DNA of 64,000 bases from Chloroflexota bacterium (GCA_965208775.1 OZ242360.1:2676699-2740698), one strand, 5' to 3'; counted from the stretch's first letter, positions 28,803 to 37,612 are shown. Notes: generated by a model from the letters alone, not told the origin. Numbers and translations: made by a program.

Positions 28803-29900
28803 CTATCGACCGCCGATCGTCTCGAAGACGGTGTCGGCCGCAGCCAGTTCGTCGGGCGAGACCTCGATCCCGAGGCTGCGGGCCCGCGCCAGGTTGACGG
28901 TGGTGTCGGTCTGTTGCGGGTCGACGATGGGCATGGCGGCGGGGTCGGCTCCGTTCAGGATGTCCGCACCCAGCGCGCCGACGTAGGCCCCGGTCTTGAG
29001 CCCTGAGTTACCCACGGCGACCAGGAGGCCGTCCCGCGCCCAGTCGGCCACCAGACCAACTTCCGGCAGGGTGTTCTCCGCCACCATCCAGTCGATCACG
29101 GCGGCGGGTGGGACGATATCGCCGCTGGCATCGCGAAGCTGGTGGAAGTTCAGCACGGCGATGAGGTCGACCTTGTCCTGGTAGTCGGCGACCGCGCGCT
29201 TCCACTGGTCGAACGTCTCCAGGACCAGGAAGTCCAGGACCTCGACGGGCCTGGCGTCGGCGGCCTGGTCGTCGCGCTGGAAGGCGGCGCGAACGGCTAC
29301 GGAACTCGTGCCAGCATCCGCGAGGATGACGACCCTGGCCGCATCGGGAAAGAGCCGCGTGGCGGTTGCCAGGGCCTGCGTGTACGGGATGCGCTCCAAG
29401 GACCCGGTGATCGACCCACCGGGCACGTCCAGACTGCGGATGGGGGCGTAGACCGTCGGGTCGACATTGATGCCGGCAAAGACCGTGGGAAGCGGCGCGT
29501 CGGGGTTCTCCTCGGCGTACCGGACGGCCACGTGCTCCAGCGCGACATCGTCCGTGACAAACAGGAGATCGGGCGCAAAGGCCCGGAGTGCCGCAAGCGC
29601 CGCGGTCGCCCGCTGCTCGATCTGCTGCGGGCTGGTGAAGGTGATCCGGGTGTCCATCTCGAAGGTTTGTAACTGGTAGTCGCGCCCCGCGATTAGCCCG
29701 TTCCGGGCAAGGCCGTCGACGATGCCCTCGTGGAGTTGCCGGGTCCAGGCAAAGGCGTCGCTATACGAGTGCACGACCAAGATGCGATGCGGCGCATCCG
29801 CAGGGGCGGGGCCGTCGGGCGCAGGGGGCGTCGAGTCGCAGGCCGCGACGACGGCCAGGGCCACCAAAAGCAATGCCAGCCGCCATACGATCCGGGGCAT
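28803..29900 (-). CDS. ABC_sub_bind-type periplasmic substrate-binding lipoprotein
   Basis: Start trimmed to MPRIVWRLALLLVALAVVAAC (lipobox). RILVVHSYSDAFAWTRQLHEGIVDGL and the overall alpha/beta alternation resemble the PF04392-type binding-protein family. Confidence 0.65.
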   Translation of the reverse strand: MPRIVWRLALLLVALAVVAACDSTPPAPDGPAPADAPHRILVVHSYSDAFAWTRQLHEGIVDGLARNGLIAGRDYQLQTFEMDTRITFTSPQQIEQRATAALAALRAFAPDLLFVTDDVALEHVAVRYAEENPDAPLPTVFAGINVDPTVYAPIRSLDVPGGSITGSLERIPYTQALATATRLFPDAARVVILADAGTSSVAVRAAFQRDDQAADARPVEVLDFLVLETFDQWKRAVADYQDKVDLIAVLNFHQLRDASGDIVPPAAVIDWMVAENTLPEVGLVADWARDGLLVAVGNSGLKTGAYVGALGADILNGADPAAMPIVDPQQTDTTVNLARARSLGIEVSPDELAAADTVFETIGGR

Positions 29901-30045
29901 GAGACGCCGTTCAACCACGTCGATCACGCGCACACCCTTCATAGGAAATGGCCAGCGAACCCGGTCGGGTAGCGTACGCCCCCAGAACCACCCACCATCC
30001 ACCCGGTGGACCATAGGGCCGCCGTAGCGCCACGTACAGCCCGTG

Positions 30046-30074
30046 GTCTATCCCCGCACGTACGGGGGAACCCA
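30046..30074 (+). repeat. orphan degenerate CRISPR repeat
   Basis: GTCTATCCCCGCACGTACGGGGGAACCCA has the same orientation as the 28.6-kb repeats. It carries one loop change and a diverged 3' end. Confidence 0.55.
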
Positions 30075-30075
30075 A

Positions 30076-30219
30076 CCACGCCTTCCACCTTGCTGAATTC
30101 GTGACCGCGCTACGAGCCGACTGTCGACTGTTGTATCCCGCCCGCCGGGCGATCTCCGGGTACGTATGACCGGCGATCCTCAGGTCCACCGCCTCGTCCC
30201 GTCTCGTCCGACCGTCCAT
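30076..30219 (-). pseudogene. truncated HTH regulator, paralogue copy 1
   Basis: MDGRTRRDEAVDLRIAGHTYPEIARRAGYNSRQSARSAVTNSARWKAW. The homology to 32847..33395 ends exactly where the orphan CRISPR repeat begins. Confidence 0.55.
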
Positions 30220-30354
30220 CAAATTCCCTTCGGCATCTGTCCTTGGCACCCGCTGACTTACGCGATCCCATCGAACCAGATCTCTTTCCAACATTCATAG
30301 CGTATATCGGGACGGGTTTGGAGGGATGTCTGGTCTATCGACCGACGATCACCA

Positions 30355-30582
30355 TTGGTCGTCGCGAAGGCTAAATGCATCACACGGCTCGGAGGCACTC
30401 CGGCAACGCCTACCGACACCTGTTCCCACACCTCCCTCTGCCGTGACTGCAGCACACCTATACACGACCGTGAGCATCGCGGGGGCTTCTCCCTCGACTG
30501 CGTGCGCCGCAGCAAGAACGCCGGAGATCGCGCCTACAACGGGGTCAATCGGGCGCGCCTTTACGACAGTCACCGCAGTTGA
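30355..30582 (+). CDS. small Cys-rich ORF, paralogue of 36668..36850 (coding status uncertain)
   Basis: CRDCSTPIHDREHRGGFSLDCVRRSKNAGDRAY aligns with CCDCSESVRGRNLRAVFRLECLRRHKNDKVRTY. The nucleotide similarity is also visible (ctgccgtgactgcagc vs ctgctgtgactgcagc). Confidence 0.3.
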   Translation: MVVAKAKCITRLGGTPATPTDTCSHTSLCRDCSTPIHDREHRGGFSLDCVRRSKNAGDRAYNGVNRARLYDSHRS

Positions 30583-30886
30583 AGTCGGCAGCGCAGACCG
30601 GGATGGGATCTTGGACTACGGTCGCCCGGCCCGGGAGCATGCCGGAATCCGCTTCGCAATTGGGAATCCTGGACCGCCATGCCGAGCCAACTCCTGAACT
30701 GCCGACGCGCTGCCAATTTCTCACGCGACCTTCAGTGGCCGGGGCTCATTGATGACCTAACCCTGACACGTAGTGCCCGCGCTGCCACCTGGCCTCTCCA
30801 CTGGCGCCGTTTCCGGCATCCGACCTAGTGCAGTCTTCGACGGCCAGGCCAATCGCGGACGGTATTTGGCCGACGACTAGGTCTGT

Positions 30887-31660
30887 CTATGCAAAACTAT
30901 TACGAATCAAATCCGCAATCTCCGCAGCTATTTCCTCGACTGTATGAGTCGCAGTGCTGCGCGCCACTTTGTCCGCTAGCGAGGGACTGAAGGCGACCAC
31001 CGTGTCCTTAGAAATATTGTGCCAGATAGGAAGCAATACTTGGCTTCCATCCACGGATCTAGTGACTATCCCGTCAAGTTCGTAGTTAGTCCATCCCTTA
31101 GCAATAAAGGCCTCCGAGAGCACAACAAGACCGACGCTAGACTTCGCTAGTCCACGGTCGATTTTTCGACGCAGACTATCTCCTAACCTCAGTTCAAATT
31201 CGTCATACCACACCGTCAGCCCTTCGGCTTTGAGAGCATTCGCCAAGGGACGTACAACAGCGTCCTTGTCTTCAGACGCGTGCGAGATGAACACGTCGAA
31301 CTCTCTGGTCGAGTCCCCGGAGTCGTTGGCCGGAGGATGCTGGATCAAACCGGGAACCTGAGAGAGTGGAATATCTTGAAGCGGCGGAAGGGCGCTTGGG
31401 AGAATCCTCGCTGACGAACGAACGCTTCCACCTAACCCCTGCATGTCGACTGCTACGTGCCAATGGCCAGAACGCGGAATCACTAACCGCACGGGAGACT
31501 TTTTGGCCAATCCGCCCGTGTATCTGTGTCGTCTCCCATTGCGGTAGTTGCTGAGATTCGAGCTGTCGAGCAGTCTGACATTCGCAGCGTTCCCGCGAAG
31601 GCTGATCTCCACAATTTCGCCGGCTCTCCGTTGACCGAGATCATGGTGAACAAATCTCAT
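30887..31660 (-). CDS. DUF1883-like N-terminal domain fused to a TIR domain
   Basis: Start trimmed to MRFVHHDLG (GGAGGG RBS upstream). The N-terminus resembles DUF1883, from memory. C-terminal TIR: FDVFISHASEDKDAVVRPLANALKAEGLTVWYDEFELRLGDSLRRKIDRGL...GWTNYELDG...LPIWH. Confidence 0.85.
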   Translation of the reverse strand: MRFVHHDLGQRRAGEIVEISLRGNAANVRLLDSSNLSNYRNGRRHRYTGGLAKKSPVRLVIPRSGHWHVAVDMQGLGGSVRSSARILPSALPPLQDIPLSQVPGLIQHPPANDSGDSTREFDVFISHASEDKDAVVRPLANALKAEGLTVWYDEFELRLGDSLRRKIDRGLAKSSVGLVVLSEAFIAKGWTNYELDGIVTRSVDGSQVLLPIWHNISKDTVVAFSPSLADKVARSTATHTVEEIAAEIADLIRNSFA

Positions 31661-32846
31661 TAGCCCTCCGATATACGATGATTCATTGGGATGCGAAACG
31701 CTGCTGAAAGTCGTGGGGTTGATGCGAGTCGTAATATTCGGCCTGCAGCCCGCTTGTCGGCCCCGCAGCGAGGATAGATGCCGGATAGCGTGCGCCATCT
31801 GAACGTGTGGACACCGGAAACGAACGAAGCACGCGGGGCCGAATGGACGAGGTGCACCAGTTCGCTGGTGAAAGGCAGTACATGAGGCTGCAGGTTATTG
31901 CCAAGGACAAAGGGCGTGACCGCTTCGGGCGGCTGCCGGCGGATGTCCATTTGGTCGATAGCCGCCGCAGCGATGCACTGACGGCCGATGACTCGAACGC
32001 GTCTATGACGGCCGCACCAAGGAGGATCGGAGTTCGAAAACTAACGTACATGTCCCAGATGGGGAGAGCCGTGTCAAGTTGCCGTAGGCTATTTTGACAC
32101 GCCCCAGTACCTAAAGCTGGACTCCCCTCGTGCCGGCGGAAAGTATGAGACTTACTGGAACGTGGTCGACGATGTTATCCAACTACTCACACCGCCTGAG
32201 AACGCGCGTCCGATAGTTTGGATTGTTCGTCAGCGGTCACTAGGTGTTGAAGCCTTACAGTTGCAACCGAGGTCGTCATTTGTACGCGCAGCAGGCCGAC
32301 GCTGCCAGTTCATGCTTGGGCCGACCGGTTCCCTCGATATCTCGCCGAGCAGTCCAGACCGGTCGGGGCAAAGTTGGCCTCCATGCGCATTCAACCGGCG
32401 CACACTTCGTGAGGGACCGCCTATCAAATGCCGACATCGCCCGGGATGCCGTTACCCCCTTAGAGCACCCCTACACCGCCGTCACACGGTCTGAATCGAC
32501 CACATTCAGGGAGGTTAATATTCTCTGCGCTTTCTTGAGCAAAGAGGTTTGATATCGTCGTGCGAGGGACACGCGCATAGGTTAACGCTGGACGGGAGCG
32601 GTTTTGGCGCAGTGCCCCCAGCTCGAGGGCCGCTTCCTCGGCGACCGCCCGGCCCGCAGTTAGATGCAGCAGGTCGCCGGCGTAGAGCTCCGCGGTTGAC
32701 AGCTTCCAGCGGTGCTTGGCCGAATGACGCCCGGGCCGAACTGCCCCCTGGGCATTAACGTGGCTACCGCTTCATACAGTGCCTTCATGTTGACGATACC
32801 GAGTCGGTAGTTAGCACCATGCCGATTTGGGGGACGATTATTGCGC

Positions 32847-33395
32847 TCAAGACGGCTCAATGCCGAGTTCGTCCAGCAGCTCGCGAGCCGCCTCGAGACT
32901 CGGAGATTCCAACCCCTCGCTCTCCGCCCATGCCAGCACGGTCTCCAACGCGGCCCGCATTCGGTGGTGCAGAGAAGCCAAGGCTTCGTCAGGCTCTCCA
33001 ATCACCGACAGACCACTCCGGCCCGTCATTCCAGAGCCATGTTTCTCCAGCCAGCCTTTTCGGACCAGTTGCGCTACACATTGATGGATGGACGATCGCG
33101 CCCGGCTCAGCCCACACGCCATTTCCGTAATTGTTGGTGACCGGCCTTCCCTCTCTATGAATCCGCGTATGAATTCGTAACACCGTCTCTGCGTGGCTGT
33201 CAGCGGATCCCTGGACCTTCGATCGCCCTCCGCCAGAATCTGGTTGGCCGCCTTCGCCTGCCGCCTCGCCCAAACGCGGACCACGCTATGCGCCGAATGC
33301 CGGCTGCTGTATCCGAGCCGTTCAGCTATCTCCTGGTAGGTAGCACCCGCGATCCTCAGCTTGACCGCCTTTTCTTGTCTCGTCCGGTCGTTCAT
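32847..33395 (-). CDS. two-domain DNA-binding protein: sigma-r4/LuxR-like HTH plus LexA-N-like winged helix
   Basis: MNDRTRQEKAVKLRIAGATYQEIAERLGYSSRHSAHSVV, then LTATQRRCYEFIRGFIEREGRSPTITEMACGLSRARSSIHQCVAQLVRKGWLE (LexA DNA-binding-domain pattern). No peptidase S24 domain. Confidence 0.6.
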   Translation of the reverse strand: MNDRTRQEKAVKLRIAGATYQEIAERLGYSSRHSAHSVVRVWARRQAKAANQILAEGDRRSRDPLTATQRRCYEFIRGFIEREGRSPTITEMACGLSRARSSIHQCVAQLVRKGWLEKHGSGMTGRSGLSVIGEPDEALASLHHRMRAALETVLAWAESEGLESPSLEAARELLDELGIEPS

Positions 33396-33687
33396 GAGGC
33401 TACTCTCGGTCAGCACCACGCCAGCCGTGCTCGTTTGTCTCAGTCATCCTTACGCAAATGGATATCTTGCCGCTGCACGTGTGTCTAGCTACTCGCCTGA
33501 CTGACGATCCTGCCCGTAGGCGCCGCAACATCCCCTGATCGAAGCTTGCGAACAATCTTCTCGGGCGTGCACTTGCTCTCTGGCGTCCGCCTGTGGCTCA
33601 CCGCATAGTGCCCCTGATTCAACAACCCTGTGGCGGCAGGTCAGCCTTTCCGACTGACGCCGGCCAAAAGGGCAATGCCTGTATCGA

Positions 33688-34668
33688 GTGTATGCTGCCA
33701 CAAGCACCGTTAGTCCCCGTGGAGACTCGCTCGTGGACTTCGACCGGAATCACGACGCGAGAGTCAGAACGGCGGCCTTTGACTGGCTCGCTCGGTTGAC
33801 TTCGCTTCATGGCGACGTTCTGCCCCGCGACACGCTCGCCGAAGGGTTCGAACTCGACCAGCGACGTGTACCGGTGGTTGGCCCGCAAGGCATATTCAAA
33901 CCCGCTCTGATGCAGGTACCGCTATCGATTACGACTGCTCCTAGGGGACCCTATGACGATGCGATCGGCCCCGATAATCTCCTGAGGTATCGGTACCGCG
34001 GTACGGATCCTAGCCACCGCGACAACGCCGGACTACGGTTTGCAATGAACCGCAGCCTGCCGCTCGTGTATTTTCACGGTATCGTCCCAGGGCGATACTT
34101 AGCCATGTGGCCCGTGTATGTAGTCGGCGATGAGCCGGAATCTCTCACGTTCTCGATCGCACTCGACGATGCGATTCACTCAGGTCTCTTTCCTGATAGT
34201 TCGGGGGCTCTAGGCGCAGACACAGTCAAGGCCGGCGAGATCCGCAGAGAGTATGTAATGTCAATCGCCCGCCGTCGGCTGCATCAAAGAGCCTTCCGCG
34301 AGCGGGTGCTTCGTGCGTACCGACATCAATGCGCTCTGTGCCGTCTGCGCCATAGGGAGTTGCTCGACGCTGCCCACATCCTGCCGGATGCAGAACCCGA
34401 AGGTGAGCCCGTTGTCCGCAACGGCATTGCGCTATGCCGCTTGCACCACGCAGCGTTCGACCGGTTTTTCCTAGCCGTGCGACCGGACCGCATCATCGAG
34501 GTCCGTGCCGACGTCTTGGAGGAAGTCGATGGCCCGACGCTTAGGCACGCAATCCAAGGGTTGCACGGCAAACCCATTGTGTTGCCGGCGAAGTTGTTGG
34601 AGCAGCCCGCCCATGAGTTTCTAGCCGAGAGATACGAGCGATTTCTTGAGGTGGCGACAGCGCGATGA
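33688..34668 (+). CDS. HNH endonuclease (HNH_2-type), putative modification-dependent restriction enzyme
   Basis: C-terminal HQCALCRLRHRELLDAAHILP...NGIALCRLHHAAFD HNH motif. The N-terminal GPQGIFKP...PLSITT...LRYRYRGTDPSHRDNAGLR region is typical of stand-alone COG3440-like restriction endonucleases. Confidence 0.75.
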   Translation: MYAATSTVSPRGDSLVDFDRNHDARVRTAAFDWLARLTSLHGDVLPRDTLAEGFELDQRRVPVVGPQGIFKPALMQVPLSITTAPRGPYDDAIGPDNLLRYRYRGTDPSHRDNAGLRFAMNRSLPLVYFHGIVPGRYLAMWPVYVVGDEPESLTFSIALDDAIHSGLFPDSSGALGADTVKAGEIRREYVMSIARRRLHQRAFRERVLRAYRHQCALCRLRHRELLDAAHILPDAEPEGEPVVRNGIALCRLHHAAFDRFFLAVRPDRIIEVRADVLEEVDGPTLRHAIQGLHGKPIVLPAKLLEQPAHEFLAERYERFLEVATAR

Positions 34669-34734
34669 ATCCGGTCAGTTAGCCGGGTTGATCCAATTGA
34701 AGACCGAGGCCTAAATCCATAGCCGTTCCCGGGG

Positions 34735-35646
34735 TCAACTGACAAGCTCCAGTAGATCATCGGTGATCTCTTCAACACTGTTTACTGATGTGTTCAAGGC
34801 GACCTTGTCTGCCAGCGTTGGACTGTAGTGAGAGACCTCATCAATCGACACTTTGTGCCAAATCGGTAGAATCCGACTAAGTCCCTTCGATTCGAGGGTT
34901 ACAAGTCCATCTAGCTCCTTTTGCGGCCACTCCTTCTTGAAAAAGAATTCTGAGAGAACCACTACTCCGAATTGTGAGTTCGCCAACCCGCGGTCAATCT
35001 CCCTGCGCAGGCTATCGCCCACGTTGAGTGCGAATTCGTCGTACCAAACTCTTGCTCCCTTGGCTTCCAGCATCGTCGCCAGTTGGCGAACAAATCCGTC
35101 CTTATCTTCACTGGCATGACAAATGAAGAAGTCATACTCTTCTCGGCTGGGAGGATCGACCTGAGGCGCTCGGGCTATCTGCGCACGTTGTGTGATTTCG
35201 GCCGTAATCCGACGCTCATGTGCCTCTCGTTCCATAATCAGGCGTCTCTGTGCTTCAGCGACTGCCCTTCTGTCTTGCGCACTCTTCCGAGCTTGCCGGT
35301 CTCTCTCTGCTGCAAGCTTCTTCTGCTCTCGTTGATTCTCGCGCGCTTGACGTTCCTCATACGAGTGGAGCCTCTTGGATCTTTCGGCGATCCTGATTGC
35401 CAGACTTGCCAATCGCTTCTCTACCGTTGCAAGGTCTCTGTAGGCACTCTCCGCCTCTCTGGTCCTTGACTTGAGGGTTGCCGGGTTCTTGGCTCTCAAA
35501 GCAGCATCGTTCGCACGGTTTATCTTCGCCAACAGTGCCGCCTGCTTCTGACGCTCCCGTGCCTGATTGTTCTGGAGTCTTGCGATTTCGCTGCTGAGAC
35601 TGTCTATTTGGCGATTGATCATCGAGGCAAGACCACCCGAAAGCAC
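34735..35646 (-). CDS. coiled-coil N-terminal domain fused to a TIR domain
   Basis: About 160 aa of heptad-rich, Arg/Glu/Ala-rich sequence, then YDFFICHASEDKDGFVRQLATMLEAKGARVWYDEFALNVGDSLRREIDRGL...EWPQKELDG...LPIWH. The TIR domain is paralogous to that of 30887..31660. GTG start at 35646; alternative ATG at 35622. Confidence 0.85.
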   Translation of the reverse strand: MLSGGLASMINRQIDSLSSEIARLQNNQARERQKQAALLAKINRANDAALRAKNPATLKSRTREAESAYRDLATVEKRLASLAIRIAERSKRLHSYEERQARENQREQKKLAAERDRQARKSAQDRRAVAEAQRRLIMEREAHERRITAEITQRAQIARAPQVDPPSREEYDFFICHASEDKDGFVRQLATMLEAKGARVWYDEFALNVGDSLRREIDRGLANSQFGVVVLSEFFFKKEWPQKELDGLVTLESKGLSRILPIWHKVSIDEVSHYSPTLADKVALNTSVNSVEEITDDLLELVS

Positions 35647-35653
35647 ACGACTC

Positions 35654-36157
35654 CTAGGTCGCTGTCAAACGAAGGTTTCGGTATACCGGAAATCTTCGGC
35701 TTAGAGAGGAAGCGTCCCACCTGATTCTCTCAAACGCTGGCACCGGAGCTGCGCGTCCGGCATAACTCCATATACAAGTCCCCAAAAAACCGGGAGAGTG
35801 ACTGCCGATCTGAAGACGTGCGAGTTCGTGCACGATTATGCTTTCGATCAGCGATGGCTCCGGCATCATTGTGCGCCAGTTGAATCGCAGCGTGCCGTCG
35901 GGGGCGCAGCTTGCCCAACGCCGCCGCAGGTCGCGGATGAGGTTTGACGGCTTGTGCCCACAACCTAAGCGGGGCCACCAGCGGTGGACACTTGGCGGTA
36001 ACCGCTCTCGGGCGCGAGTGCGATACCACTTCATAACGGCGCGCCGGATTCCCGCGTAGCGTTCCTCCTCGTTGGGACCACGGGGGGCATCCACCAGGAA
36101 CCGCCTGTGTTCGAAACGGACCAGCGCGGATCTCACGTCGGCAGACTCAACCACCAC
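35654..36157 (-). CDS. DUF45/YgjP-like (M48-related) metallopeptidase-fold protein, degenerate motif and probable frameshift
   Basis: RRWASCAPDGTLRFNWRTMMPEPSLIESIIVHELARLQIGSHSPGF matches the WGSC...HELxHL..xNHS..FW family, but the second His is Arg (HELAR). After GF a T6 run (35765-35770) shifts the frame. Removing one T gives the canonical FWGLVYGVMPDAQLRCQRL...stop at 35701. Confidence 0.6.
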   Translation of the reverse strand: MVVESADVRSALVRFEHRRFLVDAPRGPNEEERYAGIRRAVMKWYRTRARERLPPSVHRWWPRLGCGHKPSNLIRDLRRRWASCAPDGTLRFNWRTMMPEPSLIESIIVHELARLQIGSHSPGFLGTCIWSYAGRAAPVPAFERIRWDASSLSRRFPVYRNLRLTAT

Positions 36158-36211
36158 GCGGACGTTGCGGCACAGATAGGGCAGCGTGACTGTCAGCGGG
36201 TCCTTCGACCG

Positions 36212-36388
36212 TCATCCGCCAGTCGCCAGAATCTGGTTGGCTGCCCTCACCTTCCGCATGGCCCAATTCCGGACCGCGCTATGTGCCCGGTGCCGACTCT
36301 CGCATCCCAGCCGCTTGGCTATCTCCTCGTAGGTACGACCCGCGATCCTCAGTTTGACTGCGTCGTTTTGTCTCGGCCGGTCGTCCAT
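36212..36388 (-). pseudogene. truncated HTH regulator, paralogue copy 3
   Basis: MDDRPRQNDAVKLRIAGRTYEEIAKRLGCESRHRAHSAVRNWAMRKVRAANQILATGG-stop. Nucleotide homology to copy 2 continues past the stop (..SKDPLTVT) and then runs into the DUF45 gene start. Confidence 0.55.
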
Positions 36389-36667
36389 CAGACTGCTATC
36401 TGTATCTCCCAGTGCCACTCGCGCCTGCCGATGTCCGCGATCCTGGCAGACGAGGGCTCCAATTCGTTCGGAGCTTAAAGCGTTCATTTGCCAGAGTCGG
36501 CGCGTCTTTGTGCTGAGTGGTGACTTTTTATTCGCGCAGGGTCAGCGAACTACCGCACACATCAGGATAGCGGTCACGGGTACAGTTTCGCTCGGACGGC
36601 GAGTTGCAGGCGTGGAACGAACAACGTGTAGAGGCCGAGGACGGAGATCGCCGGTGAGCTTGAAGGG

Positions 36668-36850
36668 ATGGCTCGGTCACGTGGCACTTCCCAAGGCCCA
36701 TCATGTGCCTTTATTCACCGCCAGACCTGCTGTGACTGCAGCGAGTCTGTTCGCGGCCGCAACCTTCGCGCGGTCTTCCGCCTCGAATGCCTGCGTCGCC
36801 ACAAGAACGATAAAGTTCGCACCTACAGTAAGGTCGACGAATCCGCCTAA
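36668..36850 (+). CDS. small Cys-rich ORF, paralogue of 30355..30582 (coding status uncertain)
   Basis: See 30355..30582. Shared CxDCS...F.L.C.RR.KN...R.Y pattern. Confidence 0.3.
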   Translation: MARSRGTSQGPSCAFIHRQTCCDCSESVRGRNLRAVFRLECLRRHKNDKVRTYSKVDESA

Positions 36851-37189
36851 ACAACCGCCTCCACAAAGGGAAGCCATAGCGCAGACAGCTTCTAAAGATC
36901 CAGACGGCCTCCACGTGACCGGCCGGACGTGTTTTCCGTAAGAGGTGAGCAGCGACCAGCGTTGTAGAGGCGCCGATTCCTACTGGCACTCCACACTGTG
37001 ATCAACAACCGCTCCGCCTTTGCTGCGCACATTCTGTCTGGTCCAATCACGCGTAGTCCGGGAGTAATGTCAGCAGTCGCCCTCGCGCAATTCACACCAG
37101 CGCCATAGCTAAGCGCCCCCCCCACCAGCCGGGCGGGATTGGCGGACCCTTAGGGGCGGGAGACCAGAGATCTTTGCCCTCGCCACACA

Positions 37190-37612
37190 TCAAGCGGGTC
37201 TCCGCATGTACTGTTTGACCTCACCATACAAGTCGCCCTCCAACTCGGTAGGACTTTCATGCTCAATGTCCTCACGGTTGCCGAGCTTGCTAGTCCACCG
37301 GCCGGTACGGAGCTGGCGGGATGCGTGTTCAACTCCCTGCGGCGACTCGTAGATCGCAACCTTCTCAAATCCATCTTCCAAGGCACCATCGGCGCACGGC
37401 TCGTAGCCTAGAGTGCTGAACGCCGCCACGAACGCCGCGAGGTTAGTCTCCATCGGAGCCTCGGCCGGCCAATATGTATCTGGATGAGGCCACATCCAGA
37501 CGAGAGTGTCCATGCCCGCAGCCCAAGCGATGCAGTTGTACCGTGAGTCTTCAGGGCTGGTTATGCGAAATCCACGGAGAGCGGGAAAGCTGCAGCGCAG
37601 TTGATCAGCCAA
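37190..37612 (-). CDS. conserved hypothetical protein with Cys/His pair (YNCIAWA family)
   Basis: 140 aa. FRITSPEDSRYNCIAWAAGMDTLVWMWP...YWPAE...EKVAIYESPQGVEHASRQLRTGRWTSKLG..EDIEH. I recall close homologues annotated only as hypothetical. Third gene of a coupled operon. Confidence 0.7.
   Translation of the reverse strand: MADQLRCSFPALRGFRITSPEDSRYNCIAWAAGMDTLVWMWPHPDTYWPAEAPMETNLAAFVAAFSTLGYEPCADGALEDGFEKVAIYESPQGVEHASRQLRTGRWTSKLGNREDIEHESPTELEGDLYGEVKQYMRRPA

Noticed and set aside
32560-32800. A start-less minus-strand frame (...HSAKHRWKLSTAELYAGDLLHLTAGRAVAEEAALELGALRQNRSRPALTY...) that reads like real protein.
   Set aside because: It has no start codon and no recognisable family. It is probably a truncated gene remnant next to the HTH-LexA-like gene, with too little evidence to annotate.
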